From assembly GCA_016207165.1 (NCBI GenBank), contig JACQQD010000009.1, forward strand, positions 1 to 64,000: DNA of 64,000 bases. Reading direction: 5' to 3'. The notes under the pieces were generated by a model. That model ran no database searches, was not told the DNA's origin, and worked only from the letters and a program-made list of their open reading frames with translations. This document shows, piece after piece, positions 8,160-18,473 of this stretch. Source of the stretch: Candidatus Micrarchaeota archaeon (lineage in GTDB: Archaea; Micrarchaeota; Micrarchaeia; Norongarragalinales; Norongarragalinaceae). How positions within the stretch are numbered: position 1 is the first letter of the stretch; each line of letters opens with the position of its first letter. The translations under genes and the position numbers were made by a program.

Positions 8160-11100
8160 ATGTCTGTCGAAGATTCAGTTCCGCTAAAATTTCCGCTAAA
8201 ATCGTTTTCTCTTCCGTGCGCCTTCTTGGCGATGCTTTTCATTTTGGTTTCCGTGCAAGCCGTTTCCATTGCACCGGGCGTCGGTTCCATCCCCGGAAAT
8301 CCAGACAGCATTCTCATCGCTGAAGTGTTTCCCGCTTACGCCACCACCCAGGCCAACGGCGTTCCCATCCAGACCGCCACCATCAATTTCACGGTCCAAG
8401 GCCGCGTGCTGAATGCCTCAAGCACGGCAAACGAGTTTCAAGCCGGTAGTGTCAACGTCACCGCCCGGGTGGAGTCAACCAACCGAAGTTTTTCCCAAGT
8501 GACTACGGCCACTGGCTTTAACTTCAACATCACGCTACCCCACCAGGAATCATCGAGCAACAACTCGCTTGGGTACCGCGTCTACGTCACCACCAACACC
8601 ACGAACCCCGCCCACAACAAGACGTTCAATTTGTTCCGCTCCAACGTCACCAACGTTACCCTTGCCTTCGTCAACTCCTTCCCCCCGTTTGCGACGGGCG
8701 TGAACTTCACCGTCAATGTGTCCTACTTCAACGGCACCACTCCTGTTGCCAACGGCAAACCCGAACTGCGCATCTTTAAAGTCAACGGCGTGCAGCAAGC
8801 CTGGACCCTGACGAACCTGTCGGACACCACCAACGCCCAAGGCGTCATCCAATACAACGTCACCATTCCCGCGGATGCTTCCGGACAGTATGGATTGGTG
8901 GTGGACCGCGGGGCCGGCTTCCTGGTGTTTGGAATCCGTTCCGCCTACACGATCGCCTTCCGAACCGAGAATCCCTCGGCATCGCGACGATCCGAATTCA
9001 CGACGACCCAACCCATCAACTTGGTGGTCGCCATCCGCTACTCCAACGGCACTCCCTACAACCTGGCTGCGGCCGACAACGCGTTTGCTCTGGTTACCTT
9101 GCCCAACGCCAGCCTCGTCAACGTTTCCCTCTCCGTGCTTAACGCCACGTCGCAACCGGGCGTGATGAATTCCACCTTCACTCAAACCGGGTTGACGGGA
9201 ACCTACAACGTCCGCGTCATGGTAACCGTTCAAGGCACGCTGTACGAAACGCAAGGATCATTTACAGTTAATCCCATGCGCGCCACCCTGCAGGCGGGTG
9301 CCGGCTTCTTCCGCGAATTCGGCGGTAAACGCATCATTCTGCCCAATTCCAGCGTGGACTTCACCATTTTGGCTTTGAACAATTCCGACGACACCCTGTT
9401 GCAAGGAAGCGTCAACGGCGGCATGAACGCCGTCAACTGCAGCCGAGGCAACTTGACGTTCGTCGGATTCACCAACGTGGTGACCGGCACCAACGCCACG
9501 AACTTCAGCCAGCTTCAGGCCGGCCAACCCCAGTTTGGCCAAGTCATCTTCACCCCAACTGTGAACGTGTGCAGTATGCGCATCAACGTTCCCAGCACCA
9601 CCGGCGTGTACCGGTTGGACGTCAACGTGACGGCTCCGGTGTCCATGGGTTCCCAGGTAGTGCCTGCATCGGCGTTGGTCCGCGTGGAAACCATCGTGTT
9701 GAACCTGCAACCCATCCAGGCCGCCGGAGGCTTTGACGGCGGCGAATTCTCTTTCCAGCTTCCGCCAGGCGAGAACGCCAGCTTCCAGTTGACGGCCTAC
9801 AACTTCAGTTCGGGAACTCAGTTCCCATCCGGCAACCTCCAAAACGTCACGGTCCTCAGCATTTCGCCAATGACGTTCACCGGCGGCATCGCGAATCCCT
9901 TCAACAACTTTTCCGCCAACGGAACCACGACGTGCCGGCCTTGCGGAGCAAAGCCCAACCCCGCGTTGCCCTTCTACGTGACGTACCCCGACGCCCAGAA
10001 TGGACGCGTGACCGTCACATTGCCCAACACCACGGGATTCTTCAAGGTCGCCGTGGAGTCCAACGTGTCCAACGAGTTCGTATCCGGTGAGACGTTCTTT
10101 GAAATGAAGACCGTCAACGGCTTCGCGCAACCCGGTTCCGGTGCTCCAGGCGGCGGACAGCAAGGCGGGCCCTCTTTCGGATTCGGGCAAGCCAGCTGTA
10201 GCCGTGGCAACGTCTCGTTCTCCGCAAACGTTTTTGACGTGAAAACGAACCAAGCCGCGCAAGGCGTCCGCATCAACTCCAACTTGTTGATGGCCATGGA
10301 GGAAAGCACTGGCCGCAACATCGCCAACGTGGTATCCGTGCCGATTGGAAACACGACGACTAGCACCGGCCAGGCCACGTTCAACCTGAGCATCAGCCAG
10401 AACCTCTCCGCCGGCTTTTACTTCATGTTGTTCAACGTTACGTACCAGGGCCGCGATGACAGCATCTTCGGCATGCTCAACTGCCAAGAGCAAGGCAGCC
10501 GCTTGGTCATAAGCCAGATGCCGTTCGGCCAATTCCGGCCCAACGTGCCCTTGGTTCTCAACTACAGCCAGATGTTCGCCATCGGGTCCAACGGGTCCTT
10601 CCAGCGCATTACCAACGGCACGCTGACGATCACCCGCATGCGGGGCTTCAACAACGATGTCGGCGGCGAATTCATTTTGGCTCCCAACGCCTCCCAGGGA
10701 CTCCAGCGCGTCAACATCACGGCTGGCACGGGCACCATCAGCCTGGTTCCCTCCAACTTCAGCTTGGCGGAGTGGCCGCAGGGTTTCCTCATGATGGAAG
10801 TCAACATCACCAACGGCTCCAACCCCGGACCAGCATTCAACCAGGGTCCATCTTGGATTGTCGGCGGAGGACATGACTCGTTTGCCGGCGGAGTCCAAAT
10901 CCGAGCCTACGAACTGTTTGTGTCCAGCCAACCGCCCCAAAACGGCATCGCCTTGGGCAGCAACATGTCGTTGTTGGTCAACGCCAGCACCAACGTGTCG
11001 GAAAGCGGCTCCAATTTCACCGTCGCATTCGCGCGGTTCGGCCGCGGCCCCAACACGCCGGCCGTCATCCGGAGCGCGACGCGCCTCATCGACGGCTGGA

Positions 11101-12527
11101 ACACGTCCGCGGACATCGGCTATGAGCAGTGGAACGTGACGTTTGCCGTTCCAGTGACTCTCAAGACGGGCGAAGCCATGGTGGAAATCACGTCGAACAA
11201 CTCGCAGGGCTTGCAGGCCAAGGCGCAGCTGTTCACCTTCATATCCGGTTTCACCGTGCAAAACCTGGCGCAAGACGACTTGTTCATGGAGGGCGTGCAA
11301 TGCCGGGCGTACGATGATGCGTCTGGCAATGACGTTTCCGGCAACGGCACTTTCCAGGGATGCGTGAACCCCTTCCAGGGCGGGACGTTTAACTACGTCA
11401 ACGGATCGCACATGAACCTGTCATTGCTGAACGCCACGTACAGCATCGCCAGCCGAAGCAACATCGTGTGCCTGAAACGTTCGTTTAACTTCACGCGCGG
11501 CGGCCAAGGCCCCATGGGCACCCCTGTCCTGTTCGAGCAAAACGGGACCATCATGGCCGTCATTGACAACACGACGCCGGGAGTCTACGACACGCTGGTG
11601 GTCAACACGTCCAACGGCACGCAGCAAATCATCTTCATCAACAACTTCACGTCGCAAAACCGCCGCATCCGCGGCAACACGACGTCGCCGTTCTCGGACT
11701 ACTACCTGTCCAATATTTTCCAGTGCGCGCACTTGGGCTTGGTCAACGGCAGCATTACTCCGGCGCAACCCGGACAACAGGGTTACGGTGGCCAAGGCGG
11801 TGAGCAGTCGTCGGGCGACAACTTCGTCAACGACGTGTTCTACGTGCCCTACCGCATCCAATACCAGAACAGTCCGGTGGTGGCCAACGTCACGCATGCC
11901 GGCTACGTCATCAAGACCGGCGACGGTCGGCCGGCTGGCGAATTGGCGGCCAACCTGCACACCACGACGGGCTCCCAGACGGATGTTAACGGCGTGGGCT
12001 TGGTGCGCGTGAACATCACGCAATCCAACCGGTACCAAGCGCTTTGGGACGTGAACACCACGGTGGGCGGCCAGAACGTGTCGGACCGCGCCAAGACCTT
12101 CGGCGACTCGTCGCAATTCGGTGGCGGCCAAGGCACCCGCATCGAGATTGTCGCCTTCCGCGCGTGCCGGACCTTCGCCAACGTGCCGGCGTTTGCCGTC
12201 GGCAACGAAAACGCTTCGTTCATGTGCACGGTGCGCGACAAGAGCTACAACCCCATTGTCGGCGCCAACCTGACGGTCAACCTGATCTCAGGTGGCTACT
12301 TCGGCCAGAGCGTGACTGTAGCCCGGTTGTACAACGCCACGACGGGCGTGATTGTGCCGCGCCTGAATTCCGACACCATGGATGTGAACGTCTTGTTCAC
12401 GCACCCCACCGGGTGGCCGTGCAACGAGGGATTCCGTTTGGAGGCCAACGTGACGAACGGAACCACGACCCAGTTGTTCGACGTCGGGTATGCGTACCGA
12501 AACTGCGGGTATGCGGGAGGGCCTTAA
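8160..12527 (+). CDS. Large secreted S-layer-like glycoprotein
   Basis: GAGGGGTG RBS before ATG 8160. Signal peptide ending VSVQA, dozens of N-x-S/T sequons, beta-rich Ig-like character, no C-terminal TM. Confidence 0.8.
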   Translation: MSVEDSVPLKFPLKSFSLPCAFLAMLFILVSVQAVSIAPGVGSIPGNPDSILIAEVFPAYATTQANGVPIQTATINFTVQGRVLNASSTANEFQAGSVNVTARVESTNRSFSQVTTATGFNFNITLPHQESSSNNSLGYRVYVTTNTTNPAHNKTFNLFRSNVTNVTLAFVNSFPPFATGVNFTVNVSYFNGTTPVANGKPELRIFKVNGVQQAWTLTNLSDTTNAQGVIQYNVTIPADASGQYGLVVDRGAGFLVFGIRSAYTIAFRTENPSASRRSEFTTTQPINLVVAIRYSNGTPYNLAAADNAFALVTLPNASLVNVSLSVLNATSQPGVMNSTFTQTGLTGTYNVRVMVTVQGTLYETQGSFTVNPMRATLQAGAGFFREFGGKRIILPNSSVDFTILALNNSDDTLLQGSVNGGMNAVNCSRGNLTFVGFTNVVTGTNATNFSQLQAGQPQFGQVIFTPTVNVCSMRINVPSTTGVYRLDVNVTAPVSMGSQVVPASALVRVETIVLNLQPIQAAGGFDGGEFSFQLPPGENASFQLTAYNFSSGTQFPSGNLQNVTVLSISPMTFTGGIANPFNNFSANGTTTCRPCGAKPNPALPFYVTYPDAQNGRVTVTLPNTTGFFKVAVESNVSNEFVSGETFFEMKTVNGFAQPGSGAPGGGQQGGPSFGFGQASCSRGNVSFSANVFDVKTNQAAQGVRINSNLLMAMEESTGRNIANVVSVPIGNTTTSTGQATFNLSISQNLSAGFYFMLFNVTYQGRDDSIFGMLNCQEQGSRLVISQMPFGQFRPNVPLVLNYSQMFAIGSNGSFQRITNGTLTITRMRGFNNDVGGEFILAPNASQGLQRVNITAGTGTISLVPSNFSLAEWPQGFLMMEVNITNGSNPGPAFNQGPSWIVGGGHDSFAGGVQIRAYELFVSSQPPQNGIALGSNMSLLVNASTNVSESGSNFTVAFARFGRGPNTPAVIRSATRLIDGWNTSADIGYEQWNVTFAVPVTLKTGEAMVEITSNNSQGLQAKAQLFTFISGFTVQNLAQDDLFMEGVQCRAYDDASGNDVSGNGTFQGCVNPFQGGTFNYVNGSHMNLSLLNATYSIASRSNIVCLKRSFNFTRGGQGPMGTPVLFEQNGTIMAVIDNTTPGVYDTLVVNTSNGTQQIIFINNFTSQNRRIRGNTTSPFSDYYLSNIFQCAHLGLVNGSITPAQPGQQGYGGQGGEQSSGDNFVNDVFYVPYRIQYQNSPVVANVTHAGYVIKTGDGRPAGELAANLHTTTGSQTDVNGVGLVRVNITQSNRYQALWDVNTTVGGQNVSDRAKTFGDSSQFGGGQGTRIEIVAFRACRTFANVPAFAVGNENASFMCTVRDKSYNPIVGANLTVNLISGGYFGQSVTVARLYNATTGVIVPRLNSDTMDVNVLFTHPTGWPCNEGFRLEANVTNGTTTQLFDVGYAYRNCGYAGGP

Positions 12528-12576
12528 TTTTTTTTTCGTTTGATTTTTCGTTCCTTGGGCAAAAAGGTGAGCACTC

Positions 12577-13932
12577 ATGATGATGGAAAAACGGCGCATG
12601 GCGCTTTGGATCGCGCTTTTGGTTTTGTTGACGCCTCTGGCGTTTGGCTTTACGGTCACGTCGGTGACCACGTCCGGCCCTAGCGCGTCGGTCACGACCG
12701 GCACGGATTCCACCATTCCCGCGGTGGTCACCGGCGACCAATCCGGCAACGTCAACCAAATCACGCTGACGGGCACCGGAAGAACCACGGGCACGGCGCT
12801 GACCATTACGGATCCGGCCAGCGGCTCGTTTACAGGCACGTCCATTACCACGTCGGGAACCACGGTCAACTTCGTGGTTTCGGCGGGTGTGGCCGACACG
12901 TACGACTACTCCGTCACGGCGACGTACGCCAGCGGCTCCACGTCGTCGACCACCGCGGCGTTGACTGTTGTCGCGCCCACGTCGTTGTCGGTGACGGGCA
13001 GCGTCAATTCCAGCAACAACGTGGTGGGTGATCGAGTCGCCTTGTCGGTGACGTTGTCCAATCCCTCTGCCACGCAGTCGGTGACTTCTTCGTATGCCTT
13101 GACTTTCCTGGACGCCAGCACGTTTACCGTGGTTTCAGGTGACTCCACTTCGGGAACCATTACCTTGGCGCCTTTAGGCACGTATACGTTCAATTACGTG
13201 TTGAGCGCCGCGACGGCGACTTCCGGCACCCAGATTCGCTTTGGCTTGGGTTCAAACACCGCCGCGTTCTCGCAGGCCATGACGACTTCGGCTCCCGCGT
13301 CCTCCGGCGCTCCGGCGCCAGCCGGTTCTGGAACTACGGCGACTCCCACTCCCAGCGCGTCGGCTTCCGCTGCCCCCACTTCGGCTCCTCCGTTATTGCC
13401 CGCGCCTGCCCCGAAAACCAAGACGGCGACAGGTGAGGAAGTCGTGGCCTCGGATTCCCGCTCCATTGGGTCATCCACGGCGGTGACGGGTAGCTTCGGC
13501 ACGTCGTCGGCGACTTTTGAAATCGTTTACCAGGCGCCGGAATCCGGTTTCGTCGGCGACTTGACGTACGCCATTCCCTTGGACTACGACGATTACCAGG
13601 CGGGTCTGGTGACGTTTGACCCTGAACCGTCTTTGGTGGTGCCCGGAAGCATCAAGGCCACGTGGCCGGTTTCGTTGGGTTCCAACCAGCAATTCACGGC
13701 GGTGGTTGACGTGGCCAAGGCGGTCTCCAACAGCGTGTTGGACGACTTCAAGGCGCCAAGCCTCGCGCCCAAATCCACGTCCACGCCGCGTCCGCTGGCG
13801 TCATCCGAGGCGCCCGCGTCCACTCCGGCTCCGGTTGCAACGGGAACGGATGCGACGTTGTGGTATGTTTTGGGTGCGTTGGTGCTTTTGGGTGCCGGGT
13901 ATTTCCTGCTGATGGGCGGCAAGAAGAAGTAG
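12577..13932 (+). CDS. Secreted Ser/Thr-rich, C-terminally anchored surface protein
   Basis: GGTGA RBS, signal peptide, S/T-rich beta domains, PT linker, C-terminal TM LWYVLGALVLLGAGYFLLM-GGKKK. Paralog of 807-1952. Confidence 0.85.
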   Translation: MMMEKRRMALWIALLVLLTPLAFGFTVTSVTTSGPSASVTTGTDSTIPAVVTGDQSGNVNQITLTGTGRTTGTALTITDPASGSFTGTSITTSGTTVNFVVSAGVADTYDYSVTATYASGSTSSTTAALTVVAPTSLSVTGSVNSSNNVVGDRVALSVTLSNPSATQSVTSSYALTFLDASTFTVVSGDSTSGTITLAPLGTYTFNYVLSAATATSGTQIRFGLGSNTAAFSQAMTTSAPASSGAPAPAGSGTTATPTPSASASAAPTSAPPLLPAPAPKTKTATGEEVVASDSRSIGSSTAVTGSFGTSSATFEIVYQAPESGFVGDLTYAIPLDYDDYQAGLVTFDPEPSLVVPGSIKATWPVSLGSNQQFTAVVDVAKAVSNSVLDDFKAPSLAPKSTSTPRPLASSEAPASTPAPVATGTDATLWYVLGALVLLGAGYFLLMGGKKK

Positions 13933-14088
13933 TTTTCTTTCTGCCTTTCACTTTTTTTTCTCTTCCTTTTTTATTCTTCTTTCTTTCACCTCTTGTTTCG
14001 CGTCTGGGCGGTACGCCCTTTCGATGGGGGGGGTTCCCGCAACCCTCTTTAATGTCTGATTGTTCAACACCTTTTCGGGGTAAATGGC

Positions 14089-14721
14089 ATGCGTGGGTGG
14101 GACGTGTACTTCATTACGGATTCCGTTTTGACGCGAAAGTCCGTGTTTGAGGATGCCGAGGCGGCGTTGGATGCCGGAGTCCGAGTCGTTCAGTACCGGG
14201 AAAAACAAAAGCCCGTGGATGTCATGGTGCGTGAAGCCCAACGGTTGCGGGAATTGTGCGAGGGACGGGCGGATTTCGTGGTGAACGACCACGTCGACGT
14301 GGCGGTGGCGGTTTTGGCGGATGGACTGCATTTGGGGCAGGAGGACTCCGCTTTGGAACACGCGCGACCGCGTTTTGACGGCTTCATTGGAGTCAGCACG
14401 CACAATGTAGCGCAAGCCTTGGCTGCCCAGGAGGCGGGTGCGGACTACATTGGAGTGGGGCCGGTGTACCCGACGACCACCAAACTCAGTTCGAATCCGC
14501 CTTTGGGTCTTGAGAATTTGGAACGCATCTGCAAAAACGAGCAAGTGCCCACCGTGGCCATTGGCGGCATCAATTTGGAGCGCATTTGGCAAGTGGCTCG
14601 CGCGGGCGCAACCAGCGTGGCCATGATTTCCGCGGTGGTCGGGTCAAATGACGTCAAAAAAACCCTGCTTGATGCCCGGAAATGCATGCAGGCCGTCCAA
14701 TCGGAGGTGCCGGTTCCATGA
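14089..14721 (+). CDS. thiE: Thiamine-phosphate synthase
   Basis: [45 protein letters not shown] motifs. Confidence 0.95.
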   Translation: MRGWDVYFITDSVLTRKSVFEDAEAALDAGVRVVQYREKQKPVDVMVREAQRLRELCEGRADFVVNDHVDVAVAVLADGLHLGQEDSALEHARPRFDGFIGVSTHNVAQALAAQEAGADYIGVGPVYPTTTKLSSNPPLGLENLERICKNEQVPTVAIGGINLERIWQVARAGATSVAMISAVVGSNDVKKTLLDARKCMQAVQSEVPVP

Positions 14722-16103
14722 CTACGCAAATGCAGTACGCCAAGCAAGGTGACATCACGGCTGAAATGAAGGCCGTCGCTCAAAAGGAACCCTTGTCCGC
14801 CGAGGCGTTGCGCGGCGAGATGGCCCGCGGCCGCGTCATCATTCCCGCCAACGTCCACCATTTACAGGGAAAATTGGTGCCCATCGGCATTGGGAAGGGG
14901 TTGACGACCAAGATCAACGCGAACATCGGCGCGTCACGCACCCGCGCGTCGAAGGAAGACGAATTGGAGAAAATCCGCGCGTGCATGAAGTACGGCGCGG
15001 ACACGGCCATGGATTTAAGCACTGGCGGCAATTTGGACGAGATTCGCCAAGCCATCATCGACGCATCCAGTATCCCCATTGGGACGGTGCCGACGTACCA
15101 GGTGGTGGAAGAGCACAAAACCATTGACGATTTGCAGCCCAGCCACTTTCTGGACGTCATAAAACGCCAAGCCAAGCAGGGCGTGGATTACATGACCATT
15201 CACGCCGGCATTCTCCAGAAGCATTTGCCGCTGACTTCCGGCCGCATCACGGGCGTGGTGTCCCGCGGCGGCGCCATCATGATGCGGTGGATGGCCGTGA
15301 ACGAAGAAGAAAACCCGTTGTACCAGGTTTTTGACGAGGTTTTGGACGTCTTCGTTGAACACGACGTGACGATGAGTTTGGGTGACAGCCTGAGGCCGGG
15401 TTGTTTGCATGACGCCACGGATGCCGCGCAAATCGAGGAACTCAAGACTCTCGGCGATTTGACGAAGCGTTGCTGGGAAAAAGACGTGCAAGTCATGGTG
15501 GAGGGACCCGGCCACATTCCCATGCACCAAATCCAGGAAAACGTGGCTTTACAAAAAAAATACTGTCACGAGGCGCCGTTTTACGTGTTGGGGCCACTGG
15601 TGACGGATATTTCGCCGGGCTACGACCACATTTATTCGGCCATCGGCGCGGCCATGGCCGGCTATTTTGGGGCGGACTACTTGTGTTACGTGACCCCCAA
15701 GGAGCACCTTGGTTTGCCCAACGCGTCCGACGTTCGGGAGGGCATCATCGCGTACAAGATTGCGGCGCACGCCGCCGACATCGCCAAAGGCATTCCGCAT
15801 GCGCGCGACCGCGATGACGAGTTGTCCAAGGCCAGGTACGCCATGAATTGGGAGAAGCAATTCGAGTTGTCGCTGGATCCGGAGCGCGCGCGGGAGTACC
15901 GGACTTCGGGCTTGTCTTCCGGGGCGGATTTCTGCAGCATGTGCGGGCCGGATTTTTGTTCCATGCGATTGGACCAAAAGACGCGGGGCCGGGAAACGTT
16001 CAACGAAAAGAAGACTGGTTCCAAGCGCTCTCACCGGTATGCCAAGGACGAAAACGACGGCGCTTTTGCGGACATCGCCACTACCTTTTTGAAATCCAAG
16101 TGA
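14718..16103 (+). CDS. thiC: Phosphomethylpyrimidine synthase (radical SAM)
   Basis: [49 protein letters not shown]. Confidence 0.97.
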   Translation: MTTQMQYAKQGDITAEMKAVAQKEPLSAEALRGEMARGRVIIPANVHHLQGKLVPIGIGKGLTTKINANIGASRTRASKEDELEKIRACMKYGADTAMDLSTGGNLDEIRQAIIDASSIPIGTVPTYQVVEEHKTIDDLQPSHFLDVIKRQAKQGVDYMTIHAGILQKHLPLTSGRITGVVSRGGAIMMRWMAVNEEENPLYQVFDEVLDVFVEHDVTMSLGDSLRPGCLHDATDAAQIEELKTLGDLTKRCWEKDVQVMVEGPGHIPMHQIQENVALQKKYCHEAPFYVLGPLVTDISPGYDHIYSAIGAAMAGYFGADYLCYVTPKEHLGLPNASDVREGIIAYKIAAHAADIAKGIPHARDRDDELSKARYAMNWEKQFELSLDPERAREYRTSGLSSGADFCSMCGPDFCSMRLDQKTRGRETFNEKKTGSKRSHRYAKDENDGAFADIATTFLKSK

Positions 16104-16113
16104 TTCCAAGGCA

Positions 16114-17064
16114 ATGGACGTCAAGGAATTGGGCGGCGAATTCGCGTTGATCGACCGCATTCGCCGCGCCCCCCAAAACAAGGACGTGGTGTGCGGCATC
16201 GGCGACGACGCGGCTGTTCTTTCTCTGGGCGGCGAGCGTTTCGTTGTCACTACCGACACCCTCGTGGAAAACGACCATTTTTCCATGGATTATTTTACGC
16301 CGAGGCAAGTGGGAGTCAAGGCCATGGAATCCAATTTGAGCGACGTGGCCGCCATGGGGGGAACGCCGTTGTACGCGTTGGTGGCGTTGGCGCTTCCCAA
16401 GAATATCTCCGTGGAGTGGGTGGATGGCTTTTACGAGGGCCTCTACGCGTCCGCATCACGAGCCGGGGTGGACGTGGTGGGCGGCGACACGACGCACTCC
16501 ACCAGCCAAATCATGGTGACGGTGACTTTGATTGGCAAAGCCGGGGACAACTTGTGCCTGCGTTCCAGCGCCAAAGCCGGCGACTTGGTTTTCGTCACCG
16601 GAAACCTGGGGGCGTCCACCGCCGGCTTGAAACTCTTCCAGAAAAAAGTGCCGGGATTTGATTTCGTCAAGCAAAAACACGCGGAACCCAAAAGCCGGTT
16701 GGACGTCTCCAGCCAAATCGCCCAATTCGCGCATGCGGTGGAGGACGTCTCGGATGGCTTGGCCTCGGAAATCCGAAACATCACTCGCGCGTCAGGCACC
16801 GGCGCCGTCATTGACGCGTCGGCGGTGCCCATTGACGTTCAAACCCGAAAAGCGGCCCAGGCGTTGGGTTCTGATGCATTGGAGTACGCGTTGTTTGGCG
16901 GCGAGGACTTCGAGTTGGTGTTCACCGTTTCGACCAGCGACCAAAAAAAGGCGGAGGCGTTGGGCACCTGCGTGGGCCGAATCATTCAAGGCGAAGGCGT
17001 TTCGCTTGAGAAAAACGGGGTCGCAACGCGTTTACAGCGGTTTGGTTACGACCACTTCGCCTGA
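16114..17064 (+). CDS. thiL: Thiamine-monophosphate kinase
   Basis: GEFALI, GIGDDAA, NLSDVAAMGG, GGDT, DVSDGL, GGEDFEL. Confidence 0.96.
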   Translation: MDVKELGGEFALIDRIRRAPQNKDVVCGIGDDAAVLSLGGERFVVTTDTLVENDHFSMDYFTPRQVGVKAMESNLSDVAAMGGTPLYALVALALPKNISVEWVDGFYEGLYASASRAGVDVVGGDTTHSTSQIMVTVTLIGKAGDNLCLRSSAKAGDLVFVTGNLGASTAGLKLFQKKVPGFDFVKQKHAEPKSRLDVSSQIAQFAHAVEDVSDGLASEIRNITRASGTGAVIDASAVPIDVQTRKAAQALGSDALEYALFGGEDFELVFTVSTSDQKKAEALGTCVGRIIQGEGVSLEKNGVATRLQRFGYDHFA

Positions 17065-17203
17065 AAACCTTTTTAAGCCACGGTTTTCCTTCTTTCATTC
17101 TCCATTGCACACCGAGCGTTGCCGTGTTTGCTTGTGGCAAACCCGGCTTCCAACCTGTGCCTTGCAATCTACGAAACCCAAACCAAGAGGTGCACGAAAA
17201 CAC

Positions 17204-17623
17204 ATGAACCCACACCCGCGACCCCAAGACGGAGTTGAAGAAATGCTTCCCGGCGAATCCGAGGAATCCGAATTGCTGGAGCCCGCCGGACAGAAAATCG
17301 AGGGCTTCGCCATCGAAGGCGCGCCCGCCCGAGAACAACGCAAGCCCCTGGAACTGCGGGACAACACGATTTTCGTCGGCAAGAAATCGGCGATGAGCTA
17401 CGTTCTTGCTGTAGTCGGCCAATTCAACAGCGGCAACAACGAAATCAAGCTCAAAGCCCGGGGCCGCGCCATTTCCAGGGCGGTTGACGTGTCGCAAATC
17501 ATCAAGACGCGGTTTGTGCCGAACTTGAAAATCGACTTGGTGGACATTTCCACCGAAGAGCTCATGTCCGAGGACGGCTCCAAGAGCCGGGTTTCAAGCC
17601 TAACGTTCAAGCTCTCCAAGTAA
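17204..17623 (+). CDS. albA: DNA/RNA-binding protein Alba with acidic N-terminal extension
   Basis: IFVGKKSAMSYVLA...KARGRAISRAVDV core. GAGGTG RBS before ATG 17204. Confidence 0.92.
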   Translation: MNPHPRPQDGVEEMLPGESEESELLEPAGQKIEGFAIEGAPAREQRKPLELRDNTIFVGKKSAMSYVLAVVGQFNSGNNEIKLKARGRAISRAVDVSQIIKTRFVPNLKIDLVDISTEELMSEDGSKSRVSSLTFKLSK

Positions 17624-17658
17624 TTGTTTGACGGCGGTTTTCCGCCTTTTTCCTTTTT

Positions 17659-17817
17659 TCAGATTTTTCCAAGGAGGTACAATAACGCCAGCGCCAGCCC
17701 CACGTATTTGGGTATTTTGTGCCAATCCGCCTGGGCGCCGAACCACTTGTCGTAACTTCTCGACTTGGGCTTGGAGTCAAACGGGTGAAACTCGCCGAAC
17801 TTGATTTTCAAGGCCAA
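17659..17817 (-). CDS. Small membrane protein (52 aa, MALKIKFGEFHPFDS...YVGLALALLYLLGKI)
   Basis: Hand-translated with a TTG start. C-terminal hydrophobic helix; TTTTAAAA box about 45 nt upstream. Not in the ORF track. Confidence 0.45.
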   Translation of the reverse strand: MALKIKFGEFHPFDSKPKSRSYDKWFGAQADWHKIPKYVGLALALLYLLGKI

Positions 17818-17947
17818 CCACGCATGCCGAATTTTTTTTACTCTTCACGCATTTCTGTTTTAAAACGCTTGCGCACGGGGTCCGTCAAGTCCACTAAAAC
17901 GAGTTTGACTCTGTGGTAGCCCGTGGGTTTTCCGCTGAATCGACCAG

Positions 17948-18020
17948 TGGGCCCGCCCGGAATCGAACCGGGAATCCTCCGCACGTCAAGCGGATGTCTT
18001 GGCCATTCGACTACGAGCCC
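17948..18020 (-). tRNA. tRNA-Val(GAC)
   Basis: GGGCTCG acceptor stem, anticodon arm TCCGC-TTGACGT-GCGGA, GTTCGAT T-loop. No intron and no encoded CCA. Confidence 0.95.
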
Positions 18021-18084
18021 AGAAAAACGAGAAGTATAACTGGTTAAAACCTATTTTTATAGGGTTTGCGGTGCATTCCATTTC

Positions 18085-18465
18085 GTGGCCACTCCCGCAT
18101 TTGAACTCCGCCAAGAACAACACCAGATTCGATTCGTGGTTCCGCATCCCCGCGGTCACGTGACATCGTGGCGCCGCGTTTTCGCGGAAGTGTTGGCTCA
18201 CGCGGTTTTGGCGACTCAGGAAGAAAGCATCACGGACGCTGAACGAGTCCTTTGGTCCCACACCTTGGACCACTATTTTAGTTCCATGACTGTTCGCGCC
18301 AAAGGACCCGCGTCCCACGAGATTCGCGTGCCCCGCGTCGTTTTCCGCCGAAGCTTTCGTTCTCCTGAGCGAATGCACGATCTCCTGCTGGATGCCGCCG
18401 AAGCCCTTCGCAACCATGGCTCCGTGCCGCGGGACGCGTCCATTCAAGTCGTCCATTCCTCTTGA
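18085..18465 (+). CDS. Hypothetical Arg/His-rich protein (paralog of 18474-18824)
   Basis: 126-aa ORF after a TTTTTATA box, with motifs shared with the next gene. Confidence 0.65.
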   Translation: MATPAFELRQEQHQIRFVVPHPRGHVTSWRRVFAEVLAHAVLATQEESITDAERVLWSHTLDHYFSSMTVRAKGPASHEIRVPRVVFRRSFRSPERMHDLLLDAAEALRNHGSVPRDASIQVVHSS

Positions 18466-18473
18466 GATGGTTT

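Noticed and set aside
9258-11411. Long antisense ORFs (e.g. 9258-11411, 4251-5537, 39635-41149, 57642-58853)
   Set aside because: These are shadow ORFs opposite well-supported genes, expected from GC-rich codon bias.
13990-14088. TPP riboswitch upstream of thiE
   Set aside because: Hairpins are present, but the CTGAGA and CCTGA consensus elements are absent.
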